The notes: a model not told the origin generated them from the sequence alone. A DNA stretch of 64,000 nucleotides from Blastocatellia bacterium (GCA_963765495.1 CAVXWP010000002.1:160001-224000), one strand, 5' to 3'; counted from the stretch's first letter, positions 1 through 10,363 are shown. Made by a program: numbers and translations.

Positions 1-385
1 CATTGAAATGAAATCTGGCGATAGCGAGTGTCGGTTGAGGCTCGTCGCGCCGGATGAATATGGGGCCGAAATCACGCGTCCAGCCGCGATTCGTAGGAGA
101 ATAAAAAAAATCTATCTTCTCGAAATCCACTCCCGTCCGAACCAATACCCTGCGCGCCTGAACTTCGTGCGCTTCGGAGTTCACAAGGATACGAACTCTC
201 TCATTGGGCGCGAGCTTTCTGGTGATCTCTCCATAGGCCCAGTGAACGGGGGCGATCTTTCCGGGCCAGTCATTTCTGTTATGCGGCCAGCCCAGCCAGG
301 TAGCGGCGTGCGGTTCCCATTCGGCGGGCATTTTAAAGCCATCTGTCGCCGGAGAGTTTTGTGGAGCGCTTTTATCTATGCTCAT
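1..385 (-). CDS. aguA: Agmatine deiminase (peptidyl-arginine deiminase family), N-terminal part, runs off the window edge
   Basis: Not in the ORF track; manual translation gives MSIDKSAPQNSPATDGFKMPAEWEPHAATWLGWPHNRNDWPGK...PTNRGWTRDFGPIF. MPAEW and WxRDxGP are family motifs. The ATG overlaps the aguB stop (ATGA). Confidence 0.92.
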   Translation of the reverse strand, partial: MSIDKSAPQNSPATDGFKMPAEWEPHAATWLGWPHNRNDWPGKIAPVHWAYGEITRKLAPNERVRILVNSEAHEVQARRVLVRTGVDFEKIDFFYSPTNRGWTRDFGPIFIRRDEPQPTLAIARFHFN

Positions 386-1278
386 TCTTCGTCAATGAAT
401 CGTTTCTCTATTCCCGTGTAAGAATCAATGCGCCGGTCGCGCAGGAAAGGCCAGTTGCGTCTCACCTCTTCTATGCGAGCCGGATCGACTTCGCCTATCA
501 AAATCTCTTCTTTATCGCCGCTCGCCTCGGCTATTACAATGCCGAAAGGGTCCGAGAGAAATGTCGAGCCCCAGAACTCAAGACCGGGACCGCCCTCGGA
601 GGGCGTTTCGTGGCCTACGCGATTGACCGCCGCTACGTACACGCCGTTTGCAATCGCGTGGCCGCGCTGAATCGTGCGCCAGGCGTCCTGCTGCGCATTG
701 CCGTGACTCTCTTTTTCGTGAGGGTGCCAGCCGATGGCGGTCGGATAAAAGAGAATGCCTGCGCCGCGAAGCGCCGTAAGCCGCGCGCCCTCGGGATACC
801 ATTGATCCCAACAGATCAGGGTCCCGATTCGGCCTACGGGTGTGTTGAATGCCCGAAAGCCGAGATCGCCCGGCGTGAAGTAGAATTTTTCGTAGAAGGC
901 CGGGTCATCCGGGATGTGCATCTTTCTGTAGGTGCCCGCGATACGGCCGTCCGTGTCAAGCACGGCCACGCTGTTGTGATAGAGACCGGCGGCGCGACGC
1001 TCGAACAGGGGGGCTACGACTGTCACTTTGCGGTCACGGGCAACCTTTCCCAGAACGTCGGTAGACGGGCCGGGTATCGGTTCGGCCAGGTTGAAAAGGT
1101 CTATGTCTTCGCGCTGGCAAAAATACTGCGACCTGAAAAGTTCCGGCAAGCAGATTACCTGAGCGCCTTTTCGGGCCGCCTCTTCAACAAACCCGGCGGC
1201 TCGATCAAGGTTCTCATCAGGTTCAGTGGTCATCGCCATCTGAACCAGACCTACGGCGAATTTATCCTGAATTTGCAT
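382..1278 (-). CDS. aguB: N-carbamoylputrescine amidohydrolase / carbon-nitrogen hydrolase (nitrilase superfamily)
   Basis: Motifs LPELF, YRKMHIPDDPAFYEKFYF and ICWDQWYPE (Glu-Lys-Cys triad); coupled to agmatine deiminase. Start placed at MQIQDK (ORF track extends to 1314). Confidence 0.88.
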   Translation of the reverse strand: MQIQDKFAVGLVQMAMTTEPDENLDRAAGFVEEAARKGAQVICLPELFRSQYFCQREDIDLFNLAEPIPGPSTDVLGKVARDRKVTVVAPLFERRAAGLYHNSVAVLDTDGRIAGTYRKMHIPDDPAFYEKFYFTPGDLGFRAFNTPVGRIGTLICWDQWYPEGARLTALRGAGILFYPTAIGWHPHEKESHGNAQQDAWRTIQRGHAIANGVYVAAVNRVGHETPSEGGPGLEFWGSTFLSDPFGIVIAEASGDKEEILIGEVDPARIEEVRRNWPFLRDRRIDSYTGIEKRFIDEE

Positions 1279-1337
1279 ATAAATTAGAGTACACAAAGAT
1301 TCGCTTCTATCCAAGTTGCTGGAAAGAGATCAAAGTG

Positions 1338-1395
1338 GCCACAGAGGCACAGAGAGGGATTCTTAAAAATCTCTGTGTCTTTGTGTCTCTGTGGC
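1338..1395. repeat. Intergenic palindrome of CACAGAG-type periodic units
   Basis: GCCACAGAGGCACAGAG ... CTCTGTGTCTTTGTGTCTCTGTGGC inverted arms. Confidence 0.75.
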
Positions 1396-1473
1396 AAATC
1401 TCTTAGCTTTCGGAACGGGTACAGTTACACATTTCAGTGTCGGGCGGCGACTGTTGCCACGGAACTATTTTCT

Positions 1474-2727
1474 TCATTTCAGAATGATTTCTGTGTCGGG
1501 ATTGTATGTCTTCCAATCGAACCAGTAGTCTTTTAGGATAGGAACCTTTTTCAATTCCCTGCCCGCAAAGGGGCCGCTCACGGCCTTGCCCGTGAATTCC
1601 CATTCGCTGCCGCTCTCTGAATCCACAAACCTCAGAGGCGCGGCCCCCGGCTTAATAAACAATTCCAATTCGCGCCCGTCCACCCTTCTTTCGAATGCGC
1701 GAACCGATTTTTTATCTTCTCCGAGGATTAACACTATAGGAACATCGCCTACACTACTGAGGACAGGCGATTGTTTTTCTATAAAGGAGAGCGCGTATGC
1801 CCTGGCGACATTATCGAGTTTCACCCCGATTATCACAGTCCGGGGGGGTATCTCGGCATCTGTATCCGACCCGGTAAAGACGGGGTAACGGGCCGTTTTC
1901 TCTTCCCAGTTGTCAGAAAATCGCTTCCAATCGGTGCTGTTATCGGGCAGTAAGACTCGACCGTCCGGGTGCTCTTTTTTCCACAGATCGAAGGAGGTTT
2001 CGTCATAAGAAACAGGCTCAAGCTGCCGCCCCTTGAGCGGACCAAAGATCGCCTGACCGGTGACCTGCTGCCACCACGAACCGCTTTCTTCATCTCGCAT
2101 AATGAAATTCTGATTGTTGATTCCCGCGAGATGAAAACTATGTTTGCTGCCGTCAACTGACGCGCTCCACACCAGACCGGTGTGACAGAGCGTTCAATAG
2201 GTAACGACTACCGGCGTCCCGCCTACCACGTCCTGAACAACGTGGTGATAGGCGATCTGGCGAATCGGATAGGCTGCCGCTTCTCCGTTCAATACGACCG
2301 ATAGAACCATATCCGTGTCTGAGACAAAATCGGCTTCACCCGGTCTGACGAAATTGCTGTTTGCAAGAGGCGAGAACATCCATTCGAAATGATTCTGCCG
2401 CGCAAACCACGCGGCAACGACTAGCGGGATGAGCGGCAGAATAAGCGCCGCTTTGCGCCACCATTTGCGAGTCCCGCTCCACATCCTGATGATGATAAAG
2501 ATAGACGCCGCAAGTGCAATCACGGTGATAATCGGCGACCAGGCGCGGAGGATGTATGAGAGACGCAACCCCTCTTGAGTCTGGACCGCGAAAGGGCGAA
2601 TCAGCCAGACTGGTATCGCGACTATCGCGAGTGATGCCACGGCAATGAGCGGCAGGAGCGCCCATCCAATCAAGCGCCGTCTGGAACGAGATTCGGATAA
2701 AGTGGCCTGCGTTTGTTGTGCTTGCAT
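1474..2727 (-). CDS. DUF3179 domain-containing selenoprotein (417 aa, Sec at in-frame TGA 2196-2194), with N-terminal membrane helices
   Basis: ORFs 2194..2727 and 1474..2172 are in the same frame and joined by GTC GTT ACC TAT TGA ACG CTC TGT CAC ACC GGT = VVTY-U-TLCHTG, matching the DUF3179 VTYCxLCxTG motif. Downstream motifs MRDEESGSWWQQVTG and YWFDW fit the family. Confidence 0.85.
2162..2193 (-). promoter_or_regulatory. Bacterial SECIS-like hairpin immediately 3' of the UGA
   Basis: mRNA: UGA A CGCUC UGU CACACC GGUCU GGUGUG GAGCG; two-part stem with a U-containing bulge and a GGUCU apical loop. Confidence 0.75.
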
Positions 2728-2815
2728 TGAAATCCTCTCGATCTTGAATTGTTCAGGGCAACATTATAGACGGGCGGTTTTGATTGTCCAACGAGGCCGG
2801 GCCGGATCGAGCGTG

Positions 2816-2875
2816 CGGAGGCGGTTCCCAACCATCCTTATGGATTTGCATAAGGATGGTTGGGAACCGCCTCCG
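2816..2875. repeat. Perfect 27-bp inverted repeat (REP-like hairpin)
   Basis: CGGAGGCGGTTCCCAACCATCCTTATG-GATTTG-CATAAGGATGGTTGGGAACCGCCTCCG, just after the permease stop. Confidence 0.85.
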
Positions 2876-2895
2876 TCGTGAATTTGAGGGGGCAA

Positions 2896-5367
2896 TCACT
2901 CCTGTTTGAGGGCGATCATCGGGTCAACTTTCGTAGCGCGCCGCGCAGGGATGTAAGAGGCCAACAGCGCCACGCCTCCAAGCACAAGGGCCAGCCCCGC
3001 ATAGGTAACGGGATCAGTCTCGGCTACTCCGAAAAGCATGCCGCGAATCAGGCGGGTCAATGCGAGCGCGCCGATCAAGCCCGCGCTCACACCGATGAGA
3101 GCCAGCTTCATTCCCTGTTGAACTACCCATCTCAGAATCGCGGTGGGGCTCGCTCCGAGGGCAAGGCGAATGCCGATCTCGCGTGTTCGCTGGCTGACCG
3201 AGTATGTCATCACACCGTAAATGCCTATGCCCGCAAGCAGGAGCGCAAGAACGCCAAACAGACCGACTATCTGCATTGCGAAACGTCTTTGACCGAGCGA
3301 AGAGGAGACGAGGTCTTCCATAGTCTGCTGATCGAAGACCGGCAGGTTCGGGTCCACGCTCTGGACCTGCTGTCGGACCGCTTCCGCAAGCGCGCTGGGG
3401 TCGGACTGGGCGCGCAGATAGATGGCCATCGAGTAGCCCGGATTTTGAAAGGCGCTCATATAGATATGCGGTTGATCGGGTTGATCAAAGCCGTCGGTTT
3501 TGATTTTCCCGACCACTCCCACGACAGGAAGAAAAGGCCCGTCCGAATTGCGCGGGCCCAGTTTCAAGCGGCGTCCTACGGGGTCTTCATCCGGCCAGTA
3601 GAGGCGAGCCATGGTCTCATCTATCAGCACGACGCGAGGCGCTCCAACCTCATCGCCCGGGGTAAAAAAGCGGCCTCGCACAAGCGGCGTGCCGAGGGCG
3701 TTAAAGTAATCGGGGCTGACCGCAGAAAGCTGCGCCCGGGGCTGGGTCGAATCCAGATCGGGCGAGCCTTCCACGATAAAAGGAACGGTGTTGTGCGGCG
3801 TTATCAGGGGAACGCCGTTGCCTGCGCCGATGGCCGCATATTTCACGCCGGGCAGCGTGCTTAAACGACTCAAGACATCTTTCATAAACGCTACGCGTTT
3901 GGGCGGAGGGCGGTAAGGGTTGAGTTCAGGGTTGTTTGGTACGGGGAGCCAGATGCGAGCCATCAGTACGTTATGCGGATCGAAGCCTCCATCCACATCC
4001 ATCAGCCGTCCAAAGCTACGAATCAACAGTCCCGCGCCGATCATAAGGATTAACGAAAGGGCTATCTCTACTATTATCAGGGCGCTGCGAAAGCGGTGAT
4101 GTCGAGAACCGAAACCAGCCCCTTGCCCGCCTTCCTTCAGGCTGGTTGTCAGGTCGGGGCGCGAAGCTTGAAGCGCCGGAATCAGTCCGAAAAACAGCCC
4201 CGTAAGAATTGAGATAAGAAGGACAAACAAGAGTACGGTGCCGTTAAAACCGACTTCGTTGATTCGCGGAATATTAGAAGGCACAAAGTCGAGAAGCAGT
4301 TTCATCAGCCAGGCTACGACAAGAAGCGCGACCGCGCCCCCAAGTAATGCAAGAATCAGGCTCTCGGTCAGGAGTTGAAGAATCAAATGGCGGCGAGAAG
4401 CGCCGAGCGCCAGCCGAATCGCCATCTCGCGCTGCCGGGCCGAGGAACGAGCCAGCAAGAGATTCGCGATGTTTACACAGCCGATCAGCAATACGAGGCC
4501 TACGGCAGAAAGCAGAACCATCAGAGTAGCCCGCACATTGCCGACAAGGTTTTCGTGTGTGGGCAGAAGGCGGACCTGCCAGCCCAGTTCAGGCGGATAC
4601 TCTTTCGGGAACTCACCTTGCAAACCGGCCACGAAGAGATTGATCTGTTCCTGAGCCTGTTTATAGCTCAAGCCGGGTTTCAATCGTCCGATGGCTCCCG
4701 GCAGGATTCGCTGCGCGCGAACGGGGGTGCCAAAAGGGTTTGCGGCAAAACCGGCGGTCGCCCACATCTCTACATCGTTGCGAAGGGTCTGTCCCGGATG
4801 ACGAAAGCCGGGCGGCATGACACCGATGATCGTATAGAGATCGTTATCCACACGCACGTTGCGTCCCAACACATTGGGGTCGGCTCCGAAGAGGCGATGC
4901 CACAATCCGTCGCTTATGACCACGCCTTCGGCAAAACCGGGGGCTCGATCTTCCGGCCCGAAGACGCGCCCCAGAGCGGCGTTTGCGCCAAGCAGCGAGA
5001 AATAATTTGGGCTTGTAGCAAGCGCCTCGATGCGTTCCGGTCGGTCAGAGCCCGTGAGATTCGCGTCAATTGGCCAGACGGCCGAAATCTCTTCGAATAT
5101 GCCCGAACGTTCCTGAAAGTCTTTTAGCTCGTCAACCGACATGCCTACGTTTTCAACCTGCCGCCCCGGCAGATCGTCGCGCACAAGGACGAGTTGTTCA
5201 GGGTTTGGGAATGGAAGCGGGCTGAGCAACACAGCGTCCACGACACTGAAGATTGCCGTGTTGGCGCCGATCCCAAGCGCCAGCGTCAATACGACAACCA
5301 GCGTGAATCCGGGCTTTTTCACAAGCATGCGTGCGCCGTAGCGCAGGTCTTGAATCAGGATTCCCAT
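2896..5367 (-). CDS. ABC transporter permease, ADOP family (duplicated MacB-PCD/FtsX)
   Basis: QDLRYGARML..PGFT..LALGIGANTAIFS, LIGCVNIANLLLAR, C-terminal IPARRATKVDPMIALK. Confidence 0.93.
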   Translation of the reverse strand: MGILIQDLRYGARMLVKKPGFTLVVVLTLALGIGANTAIFSVVDAVLLSPLPFPNPEQLVLVRDDLPGRQVENVGMSVDELKDFQERSGIFEEISAVWPIDANLTGSDRPERIEALATSPNYFSLLGANAALGRVFGPEDRAPGFAEGVVISDGLWHRLFGADPNVLGRNVRVDNDLYTIIGVMPPGFRHPGQTLRNDVEMWATAGFAANPFGTPVRAQRILPGAIGRLKPGLSYKQAQEQINLFVAGLQGEFPKEYPPELGWQVRLLPTHENLVGNVRATLMVLLSAVGLVLLIGCVNIANLLLARSSARQREMAIRLALGASRRHLILQLLTESLILALLGGAVALLVVAWLMKLLLDFVPSNIPRINEVGFNGTVLLFVLLISILTGLFFGLIPALQASRPDLTTSLKEGGQGAGFGSRHHRFRSALIIVEIALSLILMIGAGLLIRSFGRLMDVDGGFDPHNVLMARIWLPVPNNPELNPYRPPPKRVAFMKDVLSRLSTLPGVKYAAIGAGNGVPLITPHNTVPFIVEGSPDLDSTQPRAQLSAVSPDYFNALGTPLVRGRFFTPGDEVGAPRVVLIDETMARLYWPDEDPVGRRLKLGPRNSDGPFLPVVGVVGKIKTDGFDQPDQPHIYMSAFQNPGYSMAIYLRAQSDPSALAEAVRQQVQSVDPNLPVFDQQTMEDLVSSSLGQRRFAMQIVGLFGVLALLLAGIGIYGVMTYSVSQRTREIGIRLALGASPTAILRWVVQQGMKLALIGVSAGLIGALALTRLIRGMLFGVAETDPVTYAGLALVLGGVALLASYIPARRATKVDPMIALKQE

Positions 5368-5432
5368 TCTTTTGCTCCAGAGCAGAGATTTTCTACAGTT
5401 GATGTCTGCACCCGTCGGCCTGCCAGACTGGT

Positions 5433-5558
5433 ATCAAATATTGTTCCGTCGAAGCCTTATCGGTAAATGCTGATGCCTCTCAAGTTGTCGGGACATGGGA
5501 AAAGAGCGGGTGGGAAGAGGTGTCCGGTCGTGGAATGAATATTTCCCAAAAGCGAAAC
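5433..5558 (-). promoter_or_regulatory. Putative sigma54-type promoter with IHF-like site and upstream activator boxes
   Basis: Minus strand CGGAACAATATTTGAT (5448-5433), CATCAGCATTTA (about 5475-5464); boxes TGTCCGGTCGTGGAA (5521) and TTCCCAAAAGCGAAA (5543). Confidence 0.45.
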
Positions 5559-5639
5559 CGGGGTGATGGCGATCGTGATGCGTGATTTATAGCGGTTTTC
5601 GCAAAGAAAACGCAAAGGTCGCAATGTATTTCCTGAGAA

Positions 5640-6715
5640 TCAGGAAAAAAAGAAAGAAAGAGAAAGAGAAGGAAAGAGAAAAAAAAAAGAAGAAAAAGGA
5701 AAGGAAAGAAGAGGAAACCGTAGAAAAAAGAAAAAAAAAGAGGAAGAGAGAAAAAAAAAAAAAAAGAGAGAAAGAAAGAAAAAAGGGAGAGACTAAGAGA
5801 TCGACAAAGACCATAGGGAGCATTGAGAGGAGAAAAAAAAAAAAAAAAGAGAGAAGCTACAAAGAACGGGCCTAATACAAATAGCAGACTGAAAGAAGAA
5901 GAAAAGAAAAGAGAAAAAAAAAGGAAGAAGAGAAAAAGAAAAAAGAAACAGAACTACAGACAAGCGGCAGGAGAAAAAAAAGAAAAGGAAGAAAACTGAG
6001 AACGACGCCAACAAGGAAGAAAGATATAGACGGTAGAGATAGGATCGCAAAGAGACCAAAGGCGCAAGGTATTTAAAGACCTGAGAGAATCTGAAAAGAA
6101 AGGAAAAAAAAAAAAAGAGAGAGAGAAAGAAAAGAAAGAAAAAAGAAGAGAGAGCAGGAAGGACAGAAAAAGAAAGGACTGCCAGACGGCACAAAAAAAA
6201 AAAAAAAAAGAAGAGAAAAAAGAAAAAAAGGAAGAAAAAAAAAAAAAAAAAAGAAGAAGAAAAAGAAAAAGAAAGAAAGGAAGGAAAGAAAAAAAAAAAA
6301 AGAACGACACTAAGAAAGAGAAACAAGCGACCGGAGAGGGAGAGCCAAGGATAGACGAGAGGAAACAGCAGAGAGCATACACAAGCGATGCGGCAAAGAC
6401 GAAAGGAAAACAGGCAGCGAGAGGGGACGGTACCAGGAAGAAACAAAAGGAAAAGAAATAACCGATGGCGGCCCGGAAAAGCAGGACACGAAAGAAGAGC
6501 AAGGCGCACAGGTCCAGCGCGACACAGTTACGGAACAGAATCGCCAAGATATAAATGTCAAAAAAAAGTCAGGAAGACGCGAAGAGAAGCGAAAAAACAA
6601 GTTATAAAAACATACAAAAGATAGCTCTGTCAATGTATCTCAAGAGTCAAAAAAATGAAATAGAATAAATAAAGAAAAGTAAAAAAAAAAGAGATGAGAA
6701 AAATGAAAAAAAAGA
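5640..6715. other. A/G-rich low-complexity block, probable sequencing or assembly artefact
   Basis: Long A runs with almost no T or C over most of its length; ORFs are poly-K/E/R or poly-F/L/S; abrupt edges against ordinary sequence. Confidence 0.7.
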
Positions 6716-6982
6716 CCCTGGCCACGACAACACCGTCTTTCACCTGTAACCCATTCAGTTTGTTTATGTACGATATCGTGTCTGTAGGTTTGTGCGACAC
6801 TTCGGAGCATCTCTTTATATACTAGCAGTTACAAAGCGGCACAGTAATTGTATCAGTAAAAAGAGGCAAAACCGATGATATGTGTTTTTGCCGGTTGTCT
6901 GATCTGGAGGATTTTGAGTAAGGAGACATCACCCTCACTGGTTAAGACAACTCGTAGCGAACAGGTTTTAAGGAGGGGTGTA

Positions 6983-8071
6983 ATGAAGGCAAATATTTTG
7001 AGCAGAATGGTCGCAGCGGTCGTGATAGGGGCAATATCGCTTACGGGAATCAGCGTACCTGTCAGCGCGCAACAAAAGCAACAGAACCCTAAGAAAGAAC
7101 AACGACAGGCTGAAAGACAGCAAAAAAAAGCGGAACAGCAACAACAACAACAGAAGAAGAAGGCTGATAATCAGGCGCAACATGTTCAACAAAGGCAAGA
7201 GCGCGCTCAACAGCAACAACAGAAACAACAACAGCGCGCTCAACAGCAGCAGCAGCGCGCGCAACAACAACAACAGAAACAACAACAGCGCGCTCAGCAG
7301 GAACAGCGGATCAGAGAGCAGCAGCAGCGCGCTAAGCAGCAACAGCAAAACAGAGCACAACAGCGCGCCCGGCAGCAGCAGTCTACAGAACAGCAAGTTA
7401 GAGACCGGCAGCGTGCTCAACAGCAACAGGACAATCAGCGAAGAGATAGACGTGACGAGCGTCTTTCGCAGCAGCGTCAGCAACAGCTGATCAGAGAGCA
7501 GCAACAGCGCAACAATCAGTACCGCCAGCATCTGGAGCGGCAGCAACGCATCGCGCAGCAACGCGCGGCGGCGCTACAGCGGCAGAGAAGAATAGCGCAG
7601 TACCGTTACCAGCAGAGGTATCTGGAACGACTGCGACAGCAGCAGATTCAGATTCAGAACGCGCGCAACTATAACTATTACAACGATCCGTATTTCTATA
7701 CGGCTCCGAGTTATCGTTATTCCCGAGGCGGCAGGTACTATGAGGTCAACCGATACGCAGCCGATCAGCTTCGACAGGCTGTGAATTACGGTTATGAAGA
7801 AGGCTTCCGCGCCGGACAGGCCGATAGAGAGGACGGCTGGAGATTCAGCTATCAAGACTCTTACGCCTATCAGGATGCGGAGTACGGTTATAACGGGTTT
7901 TATGTAAGTGAATCCGAGTATAACTACTACTTCCGCGAAGGCTTCCGTCGAGGTTATGAAGACGGTTATTATAGCCGCTCACAATACGGCAGCTATTCCA
8001 GTGGGAAGTATGCCATTCTCGGCGCGGTCTTGTCGCAAATCCTGAACCTGCAATCGCTCTTTAACGACTAA
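6983..8071 (+). CDS. Secreted Gln/Arg-rich repeat protein with Tyr/Gly-rich C-terminal domain
   Basis: SD-like AGGAGG before the ATG; signal peptide ending VSA|Q; QQQQQKQQQRA repeats; C-terminal GYEEGFRAG and FREGFRRGYEDGY repeats. Confidence 0.8.
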   Translation: MKANILSRMVAAVVIGAISLTGISVPVSAQQKQQNPKKEQRQAERQQKKAEQQQQQQKKKADNQAQHVQQRQERAQQQQQKQQQRAQQQQQRAQQQQQKQQQRAQQEQRIREQQQRAKQQQQNRAQQRARQQQSTEQQVRDRQRAQQQQDNQRRDRRDERLSQQRQQQLIREQQQRNNQYRQHLERQQRIAQQRAAALQRQRRIAQYRYQQRYLERLRQQQIQIQNARNYNYYNDPYFYTAPSYRYSRGGRYYEVNRYAADQLRQAVNYGYEEGFRAGQADREDGWRFSYQDSYAYQDAEYGYNGFYVSESEYNYYFREGFRRGYEDGYYSRSQYGSYSSGKYAILGAVLSQILNLQSLFND

Positions 8072-8116
8072 GTCGTAGACGAGCAGACAGGCTCTCTTAA
8101 AACAGGCTATCTTAAA

Positions 8117-8171
8117 AGATGCCCGGCTTCCATTGATCTGAACAGAGAATGGAGCCGGGCATCTCTTTTTG
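8117..8171 (+). terminator. Intrinsic terminator
   Basis: AGATGCCCGGCTTCCATT...AATGGAGCCGGGCATCT followed by a T-tract. Confidence 0.7.
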
Positions 8172-8222
8172 TGACGGGTCAATTGTCTTGCCTATGATAG
8201 AGGATATGCTTCCCGCCCTCTG

Positions 8223-10363
8223 TTAATTCGCTATATCCAGTTGGACCGAGCGCGTAATGCTGTCGGTGCCGCTCGTGACTATTATCTTAAATTCATACTG
8301 CCCGACAGGTATGCTTTCCAGCGGCAGGCTTCCGGCGTATTGAACGCGACCTGCCTGATCGGCAGGCGGCAACTCGGCTGGCAATTGAGCCAGAGCCTGT
8401 CCATGTTGCGCCAGTTGAATCATCAGCTTCGGAGGTGAGCCTGCTCCCTTTGGAACATAGACGGTAAAGAAGAAGGGTAGCTGTTTATACTTTGCTTTTT
8501 GAATCGTCTCGCCGAGATTAGGATAGGCGAGGAGTTCCCCTACGTGAAAGGGGTTGAACGATTTCTGTTCCCTGGCATCCAGTCGCTCGGCCCGCTTGAT
8601 CAAAACGATGCTGCTTACTCTGAGGTCGCTGTCACTGGCCTGTGGAACATCTATTGTTGCCTCGCTGACACCGGCCTTTTCCCCGAACGCATCATAGACA
8701 ATCGCCTGCATCTGATATTGCCCGGGGGCAAGGTCTTCCTCGCGATAAAACAGGACTTCATCCTTGCGTGTCGCATCGAGAGAGGCAAGCGGACCCGTCA
8801 GCATATAATGATGGCTCAGTTTGCGCACAACCTGTTTGTCCGAGCTTTTGAAGATCGCAACCACCGAAAAATCGGTCGAAAAGGTCTTTGTTTTGTCCTC
8901 CGAATGAAATGTGATTGCCTGCATAGGAATTTCTGCCAGAGCGGCAACCAGCCCCGTGCGCGATGCTTCGGGGAAGCTCATCGCCGCCGATCTGACGGCA
9001 AGGTCTTTTGGTTGGCGATTGTTGGCGGCAAGGGCAAGCGCCGGGGTCTCAAAATCGAGCACGGGCGAGCCGTAAGAGGTATTGATGGCAAAATATCCCT
9101 TGCGGTTCTGAACAGAAACACCAGATCGTTTTACCTTTACTTCGATCTTGCGAAACGACCCGTCCGATGACTGATCCTTGGGCGTGTAGTTTACCAGATA
9201 ATAGTTTCGCAAATCTTCGCCTATACGACCCATCCTCCCCTTTAAATCGTTTGTGTCGTGAATAAGAAAACCGCCCGTCTGGTCAGCAAGATCGCCCAAG
9301 CCCGAGCGCGGATCCAATTTCAGCATACGTTCATTACGTTCCAGCCCTTTCGTCATGGGGCCGAAGGGGTCTGAGACACTACCCAGTTGCGACATGCGCT
9401 GTGCGCTCTGCGATTGAATTTGCCTGCTTGTTTCTGCCTGCGCGCTCTCAATACGCAATCCGGCGGCGTCAACGGCATAGATGCTGACCCCCGACTGGCT
9501 CGCGGTGTTTATGATTGTGCGCAGAAGGGGCTGGGCCGATGTAGGAAGAGCAAGACCTTCCGAAAGAAGTATCATGGCCTTGCGCCCAGGAAGCCTCCGT
9601 AACGAATCGACTATTGCGATGAGACCGTTGATGGAAGCGTGCCCCTCCTGTTCCTTTTGCAGATATTCAAAACCCCCAAGCAGATTGAGCTGTGCTATGA
9701 GCCGATCTCTTCTAAAGGGGTCTCCTGTCGGAACGGCGGACCTATCTCACTTTGTGAGAGTTCCGTAACTTCATCTCTTATTGTCTTGAGGTCCGGGAAG
9801 TCTGATGGGTTGCTGGTCGTACTTAACAGGCTGGCCCGTTCAACAGCGGCCCTGAGTAGCTGAACATCCGCCGTAAAAGGTTGGACCAGGCTAAGCGACA
9901 GGCCGGTCACATAAACGCTCATACTGGAATCCGAGCGTATGTTTTCGTCGATATATTTGAGCGCAGCTTCACGGGCGTAAGCCGAAGATGCGGGTGACAT
10001 GCGATCAAAGACCAGCGCGGTCGTCGCCACGGTGGAAGAGGCCGAGCATTCTCAGCCGGGGCTTCCCGCCGGCCCCGTCCCGGGGCTCGTCTGGTTGTCA
10101 GCGATGTCCTGCGATACCAATCGAACCGAGGTAATCTCTTGAGCCACGCCGTTTTCATAAACCTCGAAATCAGAGGCAGTCAACCCTTTTACCGGGCGGC
10201 CTCCCTTGTCTCTGACGATCACATCAACAGGGACCTCAACGGTGCTGGTTATAATAGGCTTTTCCTTATTCTGTTCAGTAGGGTTCTGGCTTATGGGGCT
10301 GGCCCATAGAACATTTCCGGTAACCAGTAGGAAGACAAGCAGAGTCTTTGTGTTAAAACGCAT
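8223..10363 (-). pseudogene. Acidobacterial VWA-domain secreted protein, interrupted (in-frame TGA at 10054-10052, frameshift near 9750)
   Basis: Fragments join into one VWFA-related protein: VPVDVIVRDKGGRPVKGLTASDFEVYENG / LVFDRMS / LPGRKAMILLSEG...IYAVDAAGL...LADQTGG...YYLVNYTP. The breaks may be read errors. Confidence 0.8.

Noticed and set aside
8-1287. Plus-strand ORFs 8..421 and 361..1287, and similar long antisense ORFs (2860..3864, 4375..5127, 55179..55847)
   Set aside because: They are shadows of well-supported genes on the opposite strand.
5582-6633. Poly-Lys/Glu and poly-Phe ORFs
   Set aside because: They are translations of the A-rich low-complexity block with no coding signal.
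7190-7345. Tandem CAA/CAG repeats as a CRISPR or non-coding array
   Set aside because: They are in-frame coding repeats with no unique spacers.
10052-10054. In-frame TGA in the VWA gene as a second selenocysteine
   Set aside because: It lies in a variable linker rather than a conserved Cys position, I saw no convincing SECIS, and the gene also has a frameshift.
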